In this document: piece after piece, positions 18,339-28,825 of the stretch
How positions within the stretch are numbered: position 1 is the stretch's first letter
Layout of the letters: each line of letters opens with the position of its first letter
Origin: a virus
Length of the DNA stretch: 64,000 bases
IMG/VR virus record: IMGVR_UViG_3300014656_000018
Coordinates: 1-64,000 of that record
Reading direction: 5' to 3' (one strand)
Made by a program: the position numbers and the translations under genes
The notes under the pieces: model-generated
Told to the model about the DNA's origin: nothing
What the model saw: the letters and a program-made list of their open reading frames with translations, nothing else
Database searches by the model: none

Positions 18339-19212
18339 TCTCTATCTCCGCCTCCACACGGGCATATCTGTTATCCACATCGATAATAACATGCTTGGGC
18401 GAAAGCTCCTTCATCTTTCCGGAACACATACCTGGTAGGCTATCAACAGACTGGAGCTTATCCTTGCTCTTCTTCATAAAGATAGCCTCAAACTGGCTAA
18501 TAACTTCAGCCAGCTGGGTATCCCCACTATTTAGAAGCTTGCTGGCCTCGAACATAATAACAGCCCACTCTTTTGCCATTTTAGCTGTATTAAGGTCATT
18601 ACGCATGGTATGTGTCTGCATAAAGCGATAGAAGGCCTCATTCTGCATTGATTTCAACATATCATTGGCATCAACCCCAGCCACAGGGAACCCTAGCCTC
18701 CAAGTAGCAAGAGCGGTACCTTCATCATATAGGCCCTTCAGCTCGGACCCACCATCATACATACCGAGAAAGATATCCCATTCCTGAGAGGATAGATAAT
18801 CTCTATTCCAGAAGAAGAGCTGATAATACTCTACAGACTTCTCTGAATATCTCTTTCCAGTTCTGTCCCCCACAAGTCTTACTATTTCATCTACACCGGT
18901 TCCAGACAATATAAGTGCCTCAAGTAGAGGTCTTACCTTGCCGTTAGATAGGGCCATGGTGGCCTCATCTACATCATTATCCCGGTAGAACAGAGGGTAC
19001 AGGTTCTGCTTTCTCAGCCACCTATCTGTGACCCGATGGTGTACACCCGGTCTAAATGCTCTAGTAGGTATATTGATTCTGTTACGTACGCCACTCAAAT
19101 AGGATGAGGACATCCTTGGGTATCCAAGACTCTCCATGAGCTGATCTATACGTGTATTAGTGTAGTTACACACTATTAAATACTTCACATACAGCTCAGC
19201 AGGAGTCCTCAT
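18322..19212 (-). CDS. Hypothetical helical protein (possible terminase small subunit)
   Basis: 296 aa, coupled to both neighbours; function inferred from position only. Confidence 0.5.
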   Translation of the reverse strand: MRTPAELYVKYLIVCNYTNTRIDQLMESLGYPRMSSSYLSGVRNRINIPTRAFRPGVHHRVTDRWLRKQNLYPLFYRDNDVDEATMALSNGKVRPLLEALILSGTGVDEIVRLVGDRTGKRYSEKSVEYYQLFFWNRDYLSSQEWDIFLGMYDGGSELKGLYDEGTALATWRLGFPVAGVDANDMLKSMQNEAFYRFMQTHTMRNDLNTAKMAKEWAVIMFEASKLLNSGDTQLAEVISQFEAIFMKKSKDKLQSVDSLPGMCSGKMKELSPKHVIIDVDNRYARVEAEIENEYED

Positions 19213-21152
19213 GCATCAGTCTCCGCCTGACCGATACCGCGAAGACCATCAAGAACACCATCAATACCACGCATGGCTCTGAATACAGCCTCCTCATCCA
19301 GTTGCTTCATCCCTAGCTGCGTAGCCACATATAGCTCAGCCAGGTTGCCCGCAGCCTTCTCCAGCTGGGGTATATTATCAACAAACAGAGCAAGGTTATC
19401 TCTGTTTATAAAGCCGAGAGACAGCACGGCATCTACTGTATTCTCATCCTCCAGCATTGAAGCTTCCTTCAAAAGGCTGCAACGTGCAGGAATGTCATCA
19501 TCCATTGAGATCATCAGCTTATTTTTTACCACATCACGAATAGCATCCTCATAACTAGTGATGGTGCACATGCCTGCTACTTTGGAACTTCCAAAAATGC
19601 TGGCCTCTGACAGCGAGGCATCGGCTCTAGTGGGATGAGTACCCATAGCTACAAGAAGGAACTCTGCGTCCTGCCGTGGGATAAACTCCTTGTCCTGAAC
19701 AGCTACCTTATCCAGAGGACAGCCCTCAAGGGAGAAGCACTGACCATCAGATTTGATATAGACGGAGCTGGAAGCCTGCTTGATTATATCAGAGTGATCC
19801 TCACCATTAAGCAGCCTCAAACCACCTCTTACTGGCACAAACCCCATATCAGCTGGAATGGCGTAGTGGTCGTCAGACAGACTGGAAATCTTGCTAATCC
19901 CATGAACCATAGAAAGCTTTATGTTTCTTCCATCTATCGTATCAGCCAGAAAGTAATTCTGGTCTGGGGTTCTGACGTGGTTACCAATAGTAACTGGAAT
20001 AGTAGCAATAGCTCTGTCACCATAGGATGCTACAAATGTCCCTGTCCCCTTTGGCATGGTAGAGGCTGGAAACATGATTCCCTCCGCTTCCACACCGGCA
20101 ATCTTCTCCTGAACAGCTCCCTGCAGGCCATCAGTGAATAAAGCAATATCCCTGACGGACATATCTAGGTCAACCAGGAAGGGAAACACCCAACCTTCCC
20201 TCCAGGCACCACTAGCCTCCTTCACCCGATATCGACCAAACTGGCTGATAGGCTTTGTACTTACGCCGGGGTCATTGACCACAAAAGATCTGCCTACCGT
20301 GATACAACCATCTCTATCAGCCTTGTCTGCAAGCTCCTCGCCGAAGTGGGTAACTACCTCATCCCGAGACAGTTTGATAGATGATGGCTGAAAGACGGAG
20401 GCATTGGCCATTTTTACCTTGAAGAATCCAGTTCCTTTAGTGATCTGTACAGCATCAGGGCTGAGAGAAGACATAAGGGCCATTTTGGCCTGCTCCGCAC
20501 TGAGGGGCCTTGCGTTGGATATCTTGTTGATAACCTGCGCAAAGGAGTCATTACGATCCATAGCAAATAGAAGGGTTGGCTCCGAGCGAATCTCACTGAG
20601 GATAGACTGTCTTATCCTATCACTCATGGTGGAGCTGATCTTATCGATGATGCTGGCAGACGCTGTCTTTGTACCAGAGGCTAACGAGTACTGGCTTCTG
20701 TATGGAGGGTACAGCTGGTCAACAAGAGACTGATCCCTTGGCATAACGCTGGTGATGTTAGCAATATCAGCCCGGACAAGGGCAGATCCCAATCTTCTCT
20801 CAGTAAGTGGTTCAAAAGCATTCTTATTTACAAACACGTTAAGGGGTCTCATCTCCCCTTCTTTCACAATAACAGGAACTCTGGCACGCTTTGTCATTTG
20901 TGAGGGACCCTTCTTGGGGTCAATGGAGATAGGTGCTCCTGCTTTATTTACCACATCCAGATAGCCAAGAGCATAGCCTTGCTTATCATCCTGCTTGTCC
21001 AGAACTACGCTCACATCATAATCATGGAGGTAGGGAATCTGGGCAAAGGCTTCCTTCAGTATATTAGAAGGCCAATCCTCCGGATTATCCCCCAGGGGAA
21101 TACCACGTCTTGCAACCTTCTCTATACTGCTGCTTAAAAATAGATTCCCCAT
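19209..21152 (-). CDS. Large late protein with many K-x-A motifs
   Basis: 647 aa; EKVAR, TKTASA, IKQASS, LKEASM; AGGAG RBS. Confidence 0.65.
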   Translation of the reverse strand: MGNLFLSSSIEKVARRGIPLGDNPEDWPSNILKEAFAQIPYLHDYDVSVVLDKQDDKQGYALGYLDVVNKAGAPISIDPKKGPSQMTKRARVPVIVKEGEMRPLNVFVNKNAFEPLTERRLGSALVRADIANITSVMPRDQSLVDQLYPPYRSQYSLASGTKTASASIIDKISSTMSDRIRQSILSEIRSEPTLLFAMDRNDSFAQVINKISNARPLSAEQAKMALMSSLSPDAVQITKGTGFFKVKMANASVFQPSSIKLSRDEVVTHFGEELADKADRDGCITVGRSFVVNDPGVSTKPISQFGRYRVKEASGAWREGWVFPFLVDLDMSVRDIALFTDGLQGAVQEKIAGVEAEGIMFPASTMPKGTGTFVASYGDRAIATIPVTIGNHVRTPDQNYFLADTIDGRNIKLSMVHGISKISSLSDDHYAIPADMGFVPVRGGLRLLNGEDHSDIIKQASSSVYIKSDGQCFSLEGCPLDKVAVQDKEFIPRQDAEFLLVAMGTHPTRADASLSEASIFGSSKVAGMCTITSYEDAIRDVVKNKLMISMDDDIPARCSLLKEASMLEDENTVDAVLSLGFINRDNLALFVDNIPQLEKAAGNLAELYVATQLGMKQLDEEAVFRAMRGIDGVLDGLRGIGQAETDA

Positions 21153-21163
21153 CGTGAGGCTCC

Positions 21164-21499
21164 TTATGAGATATTCCCGGTACCACTTCCAGCACCGGGA
21201 CCTGATACTCCAGCACCTACTGCAACTCCGGACACTGAAGCTACCGCTACCCTAGTTGAGACTGTAGCATAATTCTGTATGTGGGAAACTATTGCTTCTG
21301 CACAAGCTTCCGCAATGGTACGGGCAAACCACTCAGGAATCTGTGCTCTCTTTGTGCTCAAAGGATTTATGGCCTGAACCTGGCCGTCCGGAGATGTAGT
21401 TATATTGATACTGTCCCAAACAGCCGGTGCGTAGTCAGGATATTTCTGTATGATCAGCTTCTTTATACTTGCAGCCAGAGATGTGGAATCCATAGGCAT
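21164..21499 (-). CDS. Small baseplate/spike-associated protein
   Basis: Follows the spike gene; helical N-half and Gly/Val-rich C-terminus. Confidence 0.5.
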   Translation of the reverse strand: MPMDSTSLAASIKKLIIQKYPDYAPAVWDSINITTSPDGQVQAINPLSTKRAQIPEWFARTIAEACAEAIVSHIQNYATVSTRVAVASVSGVAVGAGVSGPGAGSGTGNIS

Positions 21500-21503
21500 T
21501 GAG

Positions 21504-22631
21504 CTACTCCAGAAACACCTTGCCGGATAGAATACTTTTAAGTGCCGCTATTTGTGCGGGAGGAGCTGGGGATGGATAATGAGAATGCAGAGCCAGCCAC
21601 TTGACAAGCTGTACCCCTAGAACTCCTGGCTCAGACGCACTCTCACTGCCAAGCTGTATCTTATCCGATGCCTGCACAACCCGAAATTTACAAACATCCT
21701 TCATTATATTTTTTGCTTCCCTGGTAGTGTTCAGCTGAGCACACTCCTTTATACAATTATCTTCCGGAGCTGCAGGTACCTCAGCTCCGACAGATAGGGA
21801 GTAGCCCTTGAGTACATGCTGGGAGAAGCTGCTCTCGACTCTATGAAAGCAGTTGCCTGCAACCTCACGCTCACTTTGACCCTCTACTCTGGAGAACTCA
21901 TTACCCTCTTTATCTAGCCTGAAAATAATGCGCTTTCCTAGTGGAACTCCACCAGGATTGCTGGGCTCGATAATAATTTCCATATAGACAGGAAAAGAGA
22001 ATGCACCGACACCCATATCTCCCTGAGCACCATCCCTCAAGGCTGACTCATCTGACAACTTCCTACCAAACCTGACAAATATAGAGGGGCCGGAGTCATC
22101 GGCTTTCTCTTTGGCACGCAGCTCAAAGAGTGCTTTGGGATCATCCAGGTTGACAGACTCTACCTTCCATTCCAGCTCCCCTCCTATAGCATCCATTCTG
22201 TAGTTCTGGCAGATGTCTCTTATGAGATTTTCCAGAGGTATATACATGCGTTGGGATATAGGCGTAGCACCTATCTGGACTACACCTCCCCTACGTAAAA
22301 AAAGGAAGTTACCGTCCCTGGTGGAAGCCATTATGTCCCCGGGATTCAAGAATGGCCTATTTCCACGATAGACATCCTCTCCCGGAGTCATGATAAAACC
22401 AAGCACAAGGACATTTCCATCACTAGTGTGAGCTAGAATAGCTTGAGAACCAACCTCTGGAACTAGGGTCAACCCCTCTCCCTGGGGATTGTTACAGTAA
22501 GGGGAAGCAAAAGGGACATTCTCTATCTTCTTATGGGAAAATTCCGAATTTACAGTAACCTCGTACTTACGGGTATCTACATCCACTACCCGTGCAAGCT
22601 CTACTACAGGTCTTATCATCAGTATGCCCAT
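21504..22631 (-). CDS. Baseplate central spike (gpV/gp45-like)
   Basis: OB-fold-like N-terminus with VPEVGSQ; C-terminal HSH metal-tip motif. Confidence 0.7.
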   Translation of the reverse strand: MGILMIRPVVELARVVDVDTRKYEVTVNSEFSHKKIENVPFASPYCNNPQGEGLTLVPEVGSQAILAHTSDGNVLVLGFIMTPGEDVYRGNRPFLNPGDIMASTRDGNFLFLRRGGVVQIGATPISQRMYIPLENLIRDICQNYRMDAIGGELEWKVESVNLDDPKALFELRAKEKADDSGPSIFVRFGRKLSDESALRDGAQGDMGVGAFSFPVYMEIIIEPSNPGGVPLGKRIIFRLDKEGNEFSRVEGQSEREVAGNCFHRVESSFSQHVLKGYSLSVGAEVPAAPEDNCIKECAQLNTTREAKNIMKDVCKFRVVQASDKIQLGSESASEPGVLGVQLVKWLALHSHYPSPAPPAQIAALKSILSGKVFLE

Positions 22632-25600
22632 GGCTTATCGGTAGGGGATTTAGCAAACTCCTTACCAAAAGCAATTCCGGGAATGGGTGAGGATCCATGA
22701 AGGTCTGAAATACTTCCTTCCATGGCTGCCTCCTGAACAGTCTGCTTCAGTTTCTTATAGTTCATCTTTGCCAACCAGTCTTCCTGCATGTCCAGAGCAA
22801 GAGTATCCACTCCTCTTAGAACGGGAGCATGTACAATCTTCTTTGCAGAAGGATTCTCCCTATTCCACGCATCCATCTTGTTGGTCGGCGCATAATCTCC
22901 AGGGAGAATATTATTATTATCCCCAGAGTTCACTATCTTGGTCAGGTTGGTGAGAGCCCTCACCACAACCTCTGCATTTCTCCTCTTGATATGCTCTCCG
23001 GAGAAGATCTTATCAACCTCATCAGTAAGATAGTTCTGTGTCCTGTTGATGTTGGTAAGCTCAAGAAGCTCTCTGGGGTGAATAGGACCCGTGGATATCG
23101 CATCCCCCTTGGATATACTACTACCCTTACCAACCTTCAAAGACAGCTGAGAGGGCACATAATGGCGCTCCCCACCAACGAATACACCCCAACCCCCAGC
23201 AGGATCAGATTCTATTTTCTCAATCTTCCCAGAGGTTGTAGCCAGAGTGGCAGCATTGGGAAGCTCTTCCGGAATTTTCATTAACTCAACAAAACGCTCA
23301 AAATCCCCGGTAACGCCACCCCCTGCTGCCGCAGAACCTCCCGTATGGAAAACACGCATAGATAGCTGAGTAGTCCTTTCCCCTAAGGATTGAGACGCTA
23401 TGGCTCCAACATTTGTACCAATATCAGGAGGTCTGCCATCCTCCGATAGACCAAAGCAGTGCTGGCAGATACCGTCCCTATCCTGACACCTCAATGGAGA
23501 TCTGACTACAATCTTACCCACCTTGTTGTTCAGTAGGCTTCCTTGAATCTCTGGAGTAATAAGAGTGCCTGCAGGAAGGGTCTTATCTCTGATCCTTACA
23601 GGAGAAATCAGATATCTATCCAGAGCATTCCTGCTGGATGAGTCCAAAGATATTCCCTTTGTAGTATTACAATCAGGAACCGTGATCAGCTGATTCATGG
23701 TGCTGTTCATCAGCTGTTTGGAGAGATAACCAGGCTTTCTTACCTGCTGAACCTTCTCGGTTATACCTTTCCTTGCCCCAATTGCTCCTACCCAATATCC
23801 GGTAGTGTCTATCCCCTCACTATAGGAGCTTCGAATGGGAATAGGCACAACTCTACCACTGGAGTCAGCCATAAGCATGGGGGCCCATAGTAGCTGCTCC
23901 ATCTGGCTGGCATTTGGCTTTATTCCAGACTGATGCATGTCAAAAATATGATTTCCAGACGCTTTCAGTATGGGAGCATATATCTTACGCAGCTGATCCG
24001 TAGCTTCAGAGTAAACACGGACAATCCTGGCATCCTTGTTTACTTTGGTACCTGATCCTGCCTCTATAGCAGCTACCTTTATATCAGCTTCTCTAAGGAT
24101 CTTATCTCTAGGCTCTTTAGGGATAGCGAAATCTCTCAGTCTGAAGGAGAAGCCCTGACTTGCTGAGCTAAAACCAAACTGCTGCATCTTGTTAGCAAAG
24201 CTGCCAAAATCCTTGGGATACTTCTTTGATACCATACTAAACAGGGATGCTGTAGCCTTCTTGTTGAGTACCAATCTTTCATCTGTAAGATGACCACCCC
24301 CACGGAGGGGTGCTGGTAGGGCTTCATCCAGAAGTACCCTTCCGGGGGTAGTTCTCTTACCATTAAAGGATATAAAATCTGTCATATCTACAGTGCCAGT
24401 CTTGAGATCATTCCTGACCTTGTCATAGCTGGTGTAGCTACCCTTCGTTTTACCCTCACCCCATTTGGTAGCCAGATATAGGCCAAGAAGAGAGTCCAAG
24501 GATGGTTGATACATTGTATCACCACTTGCGGGACTGAATAGGTTACGGGTAGGCATCATAGCATAGGCTTCACGTACTGCTTCAGGGGATACAGGAACAT
24601 ACACACTCATGGCGTCCCCATCAAAATCCGCAGAATAGGCCCCGGTAACCAGAGGATGTATCTTTATAGCTGTACCCTCTACAAGGAGAGGCTTGAATGC
24701 CATGACTGCAAATTTGTGTAGAGCTGGATCTCTTTTGAACAGAACCGGCCTGTCCTTTACTGCAACCTCTAAAGCCTTCTCTGCCAGAGGGGAGTGCTCC
24801 TTCATTACCTCCTGAGCCTCAAGGGGAGTATAACCCTGTCGCACCAGCTCTCTTACCACGAAGGGCTTGAACAGCTCCATTGCAGCTTTTCTGGGAAGAC
24901 CTATGTTATCAAGCTCCATCTTGGGATCGGGTACGATAATAGATCTCATGGTGAGATCCTGCCTTCTCTTCACGACCTTACCCTGAAAGAATCCATGCTT
25001 GGTTGGGGACAGTATCCCCAGAATTCCCTTTGAATCCTGCTTACCACCCAGACCCATGATGGCCTTGATCCCATCATACATTGAAGAGCGGAGAGAGCCT
25101 TTCTCCTCATCAGGGAGACCTTTGGGGAAACCTTTCAGCTGGTGATTCAGAAGAGCAAAGTCTCTATAGAGACCATTCATCTCATCAAAGTTCAGATTAC
25201 CATCCGGAAGAGGTGTTATCGGTCTCATTATAGGAGGAAGAACGGGAAGATTATGGAGTATATATGCTTCCTCTGGAGATATACCCTCTTTATCCAAGGC
25301 TCGCAGGTATCTGATCTTCTTGTTCAGCCTGTCCAGATTTGCTCCTCTAGCTGTCTTGATCTTCTCCTCGGACTCTGCCAGCTCCTTCTTGACATCTATA
25401 GCCTTGAGCATTTCAGCAATAACAATACCCCCGGTCTTACCATTGACATGCTGCTCACCCTCGGCAATCTGAGTCACCTGAGCAATGGTAAGCCCCAAAA
25501 GGCTTCTGATGGCCGGCTCAAATAGAGGATTGGGTATAGGCTCGGCCAGTGATATATGACTCCAGAAATTTCCAGAAATACCACCGGTAGTGATGGGATC

Positions 25601-28600
25601 GAACAGGCCACCGGCCTCCTCTTTGAGGTCCTTGCCTCTCAATATCTTGGTAGGATTCCTGATCTCTCCGTTCGATCTCTCCAAAATCTCTTCATCTGTG
25701 AGGGGGATGAGAGTCAGCTCATTTCCTTTCCGATGAATGTCAATACCCATAGCATTGAGATAGGAGACAAACTTGCTATAAACAAAGCTGGTGGTGGGTG
25801 GTGGAAGGGGCTCACCTGTTTGAATAGCTGCCCAGACATCCTCATTCTTGCTCGTCTTATAGTTCTGCATATCCCTGATATTGAATCGTGCACCCATGGA
25901 GAGCAGGGAGTATAGGCCAAGCTCCCCGATGGATTGAGCACCCTCAGATCCTCCTCTCTTGGGAATCATGTTTATATCGTAGGAACCTCTGGATCTCACA
26001 GAGAGCTTCTTTATTGCCTGATGATGGAGCTTCAGTATATACTGGCTTCCGGTAAATATCTCCCCCAAAGACCTGCCGGTATTGGGATCAAAAAGCTCCT
26101 CAGTATCGCTAAGACCTGCTTTCTCAAGCTCCTCCATGACCTTTTTGGTGTAATCTATCTTTCTCTCATGAGGCTTAACCCATATCTCTTTTAGGCCTTC
26201 TTCAGTTTTGACGGTTCTATAATGTCCCTTTACTTGTACCGTCTTCTCCTGAGTTGAAGCAAAATTGGATACCAGAAAGGGCTTACCGTTCTTTATGGCA
26301 ACTTTACTGAGGGCTGTTTCCAGGAGCTGGCCCGGATTTACACGTCCGGCAACACCAGTCGGGTTGAGCAATATATGGACAGGGTTTCCACTCTTATCAT
26401 GAGGCATCTCATGATCCGGAATTATGGCTGTCACAACACCTTTATTCCCATGTCTGCCAGATAATTTATCTCCAATTTGTATGGGTTCTTCCGTACGAAT
26501 CAAAACACTGATGTTTTTTCCGTGTTGATGGACATCAACCACGGTTCCTGAGAATGGATAATCCCATTTCTCTGACATGTCTCTATAGGGCTTGACTAGA
26601 GACTTGCTGAGTCGAGATAGGTTTACTGCCTCTCCTGTGGAAACCTCCTTCCTCATCACCGCAGAAATATAATTATCCGTATTAAGGGTCTGACCCACCC
26701 TGATAATACCTGAGTCATCAAGCTTCTCTGCCTGATCTCTGGTAATCCTGTCTGGGAAGTAGGACTGAAACTTCTTCTTGTTTGTAACTACATTCCTATC
26801 AACAAACACACCTTTCTGATATAAATGCTGGCTTGTAAGCTCCTCAGCAGCAGTTTCTGAGATGACAATTCCGTCCTCAAAATTCAGACCATGATAGGGC
26901 AAGTATGCAACTCTAATATTCTTACCCAATGACAGTGTACCTTCCCTGCTATAGTTGGTATCTGCAATAATCTGTCCGGACTTTACCTTGTCACCGACCT
27001 TGACCAGAGGGGTTGACCACAAACCTGTACGGGAGTCATTGAGGGGAAAGTTATCATATATCTGATATTCCCTAACCCCAGACTTTCCCTTGACCTTTAT
27101 GAAGTCCTTCCCGATAGAGTAAACCTCACCATCCTCCATGGCAGCAGTAGATGTTAGGTTACCAAAGACATCTTCATATGAGCGGCCATCCTCTGTAGCA
27201 GTCTGCACATGTGGCTGCTCCCTATGCTTCAGGGAAATTGCCTGCTCTATGTGCCTGGCAGCCATTTCAACCCTGTTTCCTGAATCTGAGGATAGAAAAG
27301 GAACCAGATTGACTGTTGGACTGAAAAGCATCTTTGCAGAGGGAAGGATGTATTCTACATCACTAAAGGGTTTCAGCTGAAGCTCATTGGCCTTACCACT
27401 GACCTTGATTCTGTCAGCAACAGGTACAGGCTTCTTTCCCCGCCACTCTACCTGATCCGGCATTGCTACCACTGCATCGTACAGTTGTAGTGCAGACTTA
27501 TCCTCCTTCTTACCAGTCCTTGCATTGATAACAGGGATGATGGGAGTGGTTCCCTTCTTACTTACACCAAGTGCTAGATGAAGAGAGACCCCGGACTTGG
27601 CACTCTCCGGGGTATGTAGAGGATCCAGAAAACCCAGGTGGGAGTTATCTACCATCTTGGCTTCCGAGGTAATAGCGTGTTCCGAAGAGATACCTCCACC
27701 CTCAGAGGAAAGAATAGTAGTTCTTAATTTTCCGGAGATCATCTCCATGGGATTAATCTGGGGGGACATTGAAGATAAAGATACTGAGGAGAACCAGGAG
27801 CGAATAGGCTTATTGAATATATCCGAGGTTATTATCTCCCGGATGTCTGTCTTCCTATCTATGTTGTTGTTTAGCTGCCTGTTGATAGCTCTGCTGGAGT
27901 TCAGCAGCCTCTCCTTTAGGTAGTCCTCTATTCCCCACAGCTCCTTGAATGGTAGAGCATCTCTGGGATCTGGCTCAGCCTGACCTCTGGAGATTGCCAG
28001 AAGCTTTGAGGCACCTGACAGAAGAGCTGGACCGGAAACGGTGGTAAAGGGTGTGCCCAGATTTATCTTGTTTACATCAGGAAGCATCTGGGTATCCCCA
28101 AATGTCTCCCGTACAAAGCTGCCAAGATCTACATCTGCAGTAGACCTATCTCCCATTGCAGCCTTATAAAACTTCTGTAGGCTCTTATTGTTGTCAACTT
28201 TGCTATTAGCCTGAAAAATCACATCTCCCCAGGCCTTCTTCATTTCACTATCTGATACCCCCATGGCAGATAGGATAGGTTTCAAGGGAACATTGGAGGT
28301 CCCATACTTCAGGATATAACTTCTGCTCTCCGGATCGAATCCTATGCTAAACCCAAGCCCACGGGACAGGTTCCACTGAGACTCCAACTGGCCGTTGGCT
28401 TTGATCCGGGCATATATTCCGGATTTTAATCTCCATAGATTATCAACACTTCTCTCATTCCCTTCAACTATGAAGGAGTAGCGTTGGGTAATCTTTGGAA
28501 GATTAAGAATGCGTATAGTCTTGCTATCTACTATCTTTCCGGTCTGCTTATCCTTCAGCCTGAACGTTCCATTAACCGGAATCGTCCAGGATGAGCCGGC

Positions 28601-28774
28601 CATCTTGGCCTTTCTCTGTGAACGGAAATCCTCCGGATCAAGATTGTCATCTACCTCAATCTTGTCCAGAGTCAGGGTGTGGGAGCGACCTTCTATAGGA
28701 AAGAAAGTCTTGGCCTGCTCCACCACCCCTTCTTTGAGAGCGGCCATTGCTCTCTGAGGGTTGAGCAAATGCAT
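22619..28774 (-). CDS. rpoBC: Single-chain fused beta-beta' DNA-directed RNA polymerase
   Basis: Beta motifs HTPES, GLNFEDGI, GDKLSGRHGNKGV, GAQSIGEL; beta' motifs KRDPALH, SADFDGD, PGYLSKQL, RSPLRC, ASQSLGERTTQLSMRVFHTGG; probable start ATG 28774. Confidence 0.95.
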   Translation of the reverse strand: MHLLNPQRAMAALKEGVVEQAKTFFPIEGRSHTLTLDKIEVDDNLDPEDFRSQRKAKMAGSSWTIPVNGTFRLKDKQTGKIVDSKTIRILNLPKITQRYSFIVEGNERSVDNLWRLKSGIYARIKANGQLESQWNLSRGLGFSIGFDPESRSYILKYGTSNVPLKPILSAMGVSDSEMKKAWGDVIFQANSKVDNNKSLQKFYKAAMGDRSTADVDLGSFVRETFGDTQMLPDVNKINLGTPFTTVSGPALLSGASKLLAISRGQAEPDPRDALPFKELWGIEDYLKERLLNSSRAINRQLNNNIDRKTDIREIITSDIFNKPIRSWFSSVSLSSMSPQINPMEMISGKLRTTILSSEGGGISSEHAITSEAKMVDNSHLGFLDPLHTPESAKSGVSLHLALGVSKKGTTPIIPVINARTGKKEDKSALQLYDAVVAMPDQVEWRGKKPVPVADRIKVSGKANELQLKPFSDVEYILPSAKMLFSPTVNLVPFLSSDSGNRVEMAARHIEQAISLKHREQPHVQTATEDGRSYEDVFGNLTSTAAMEDGEVYSIGKDFIKVKGKSGVREYQIYDNFPLNDSRTGLWSTPLVKVGDKVKSGQIIADTNYSREGTLSLGKNIRVAYLPYHGLNFEDGIVISETAAEELTSQHLYQKGVFVDRNVVTNKKKFQSYFPDRITRDQAEKLDDSGIIRVGQTLNTDNYISAVMRKEVSTGEAVNLSRLSKSLVKPYRDMSEKWDYPFSGTVVDVHQHGKNISVLIRTEEPIQIGDKLSGRHGNKGVVTAIIPDHEMPHDKSGNPVHILLNPTGVAGRVNPGQLLETALSKVAIKNGKPFLVSNFASTQEKTVQVKGHYRTVKTEEGLKEIWVKPHERKIDYTKKVMEELEKAGLSDTEELFDPNTGRSLGEIFTGSQYILKLHHQAIKKLSVRSRGSYDINMIPKRGGSEGAQSIGELGLYSLLSMGARFNIRDMQNYKTSKNEDVWAAIQTGEPLPPPTTSFVYSKFVSYLNAMGIDIHRKGNELTLIPLTDEEILERSNGEIRNPTKILRGKDLKEEAGGLFDPITTGGISGNFWSHISLAEPIPNPLFEPAIRSLLGLTIAQVTQIAEGEQHVNGKTGGIVIAEMLKAIDVKKELAESEEKIKTARGANLDRLNKKIRYLRALDKEGISPEEAYILHNLPVLPPIMRPITPLPDGNLNFDEMNGLYRDFALLNHQLKGFPKGLPDEEKGSLRSSMYDGIKAIMGLGGKQDSKGILGILSPTKHGFFQGKVVKRRQDLTMRSIIVPDPKMELDNIGLPRKAAMELFKPFVVRELVRQGYTPLEAQEVMKEHSPLAEKALEVAVKDRPVLFKRDPALHKFAVMAFKPLLVEGTAIKIHPLVTGAYSADFDGDAMSVYVPVSPEAVREAYAMMPTRNLFSPASGDTMYQPSLDSLLGLYLATKWGEGKTKGSYTSYDKVRNDLKTGTVDMTDFISFNGKRTTPGRVLLDEALPAPLRGGGHLTDERLVLNKKATASLFSMVSKKYPKDFGSFANKMQQFGFSSASQGFSFRLRDFAIPKEPRDKILREADIKVAAIEAGSGTKVNKDARIVRVYSEATDQLRKIYAPILKASGNHIFDMHQSGIKPNASQMEQLLWAPMLMADSSGRVVPIPIRSSYSEGIDTTGYWVGAIGARKGITEKVQQVRKPGYLSKQLMNSTMNQLITVPDCNTTKGISLDSSSRNALDRYLISPVRIRDKTLPAGTLITPEIQGSLLNNKVGKIVVRSPLRCQDRDGICQHCFGLSEDGRPPDIGTNVGAIASQSLGERTTQLSMRVFHTGGSAAAGGGVTGDFERFVELMKIPEELPNAATLATTSGKIEKIESDPAGGWGVFVGGERHYVPSQLSLKVGKGSSISKGDAISTGPIHPRELLELTNINRTQNYLTDEVDKIFSGEHIKRRNAEVVVRALTNLTKIVNSGDNNNILPGDYAPTNKMDAWNRENPSAKKIVHAPVLRGVDTLALDMQEDWLAKMNYKKLKQTVQEAAMEGSISDLHGSSPIPGIAFGKEFAKSPTDKPWAY

Positions 28775-28780
28775 GATGTC

Positions 28781-28811
28781 AAAATACGATAGTTCAGGCC
28801 AGCAGGTCAAC
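28781..28811 (-). promoter_or_regulatory. Putative sigma70-like promoter GTTGACC-N18-TATTTT, possibly giving a leaderless RNAP mRNA
   Basis: The -10 hexamer ends 6 nt before ATG 28774; no SD sequence. Confidence 0.5.
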
Positions 28812-28825
28812 AGCTCTTAGCTTCA

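Noticed and set aside
22619-28810. Host chromosomal rpoBC locus or chimeric assembly
   Set aside because: No ribosomal protein genes nearby; the gene overlaps the baseplate spike gene, shares the phage codon style and lacks domains conserved in bacteria.
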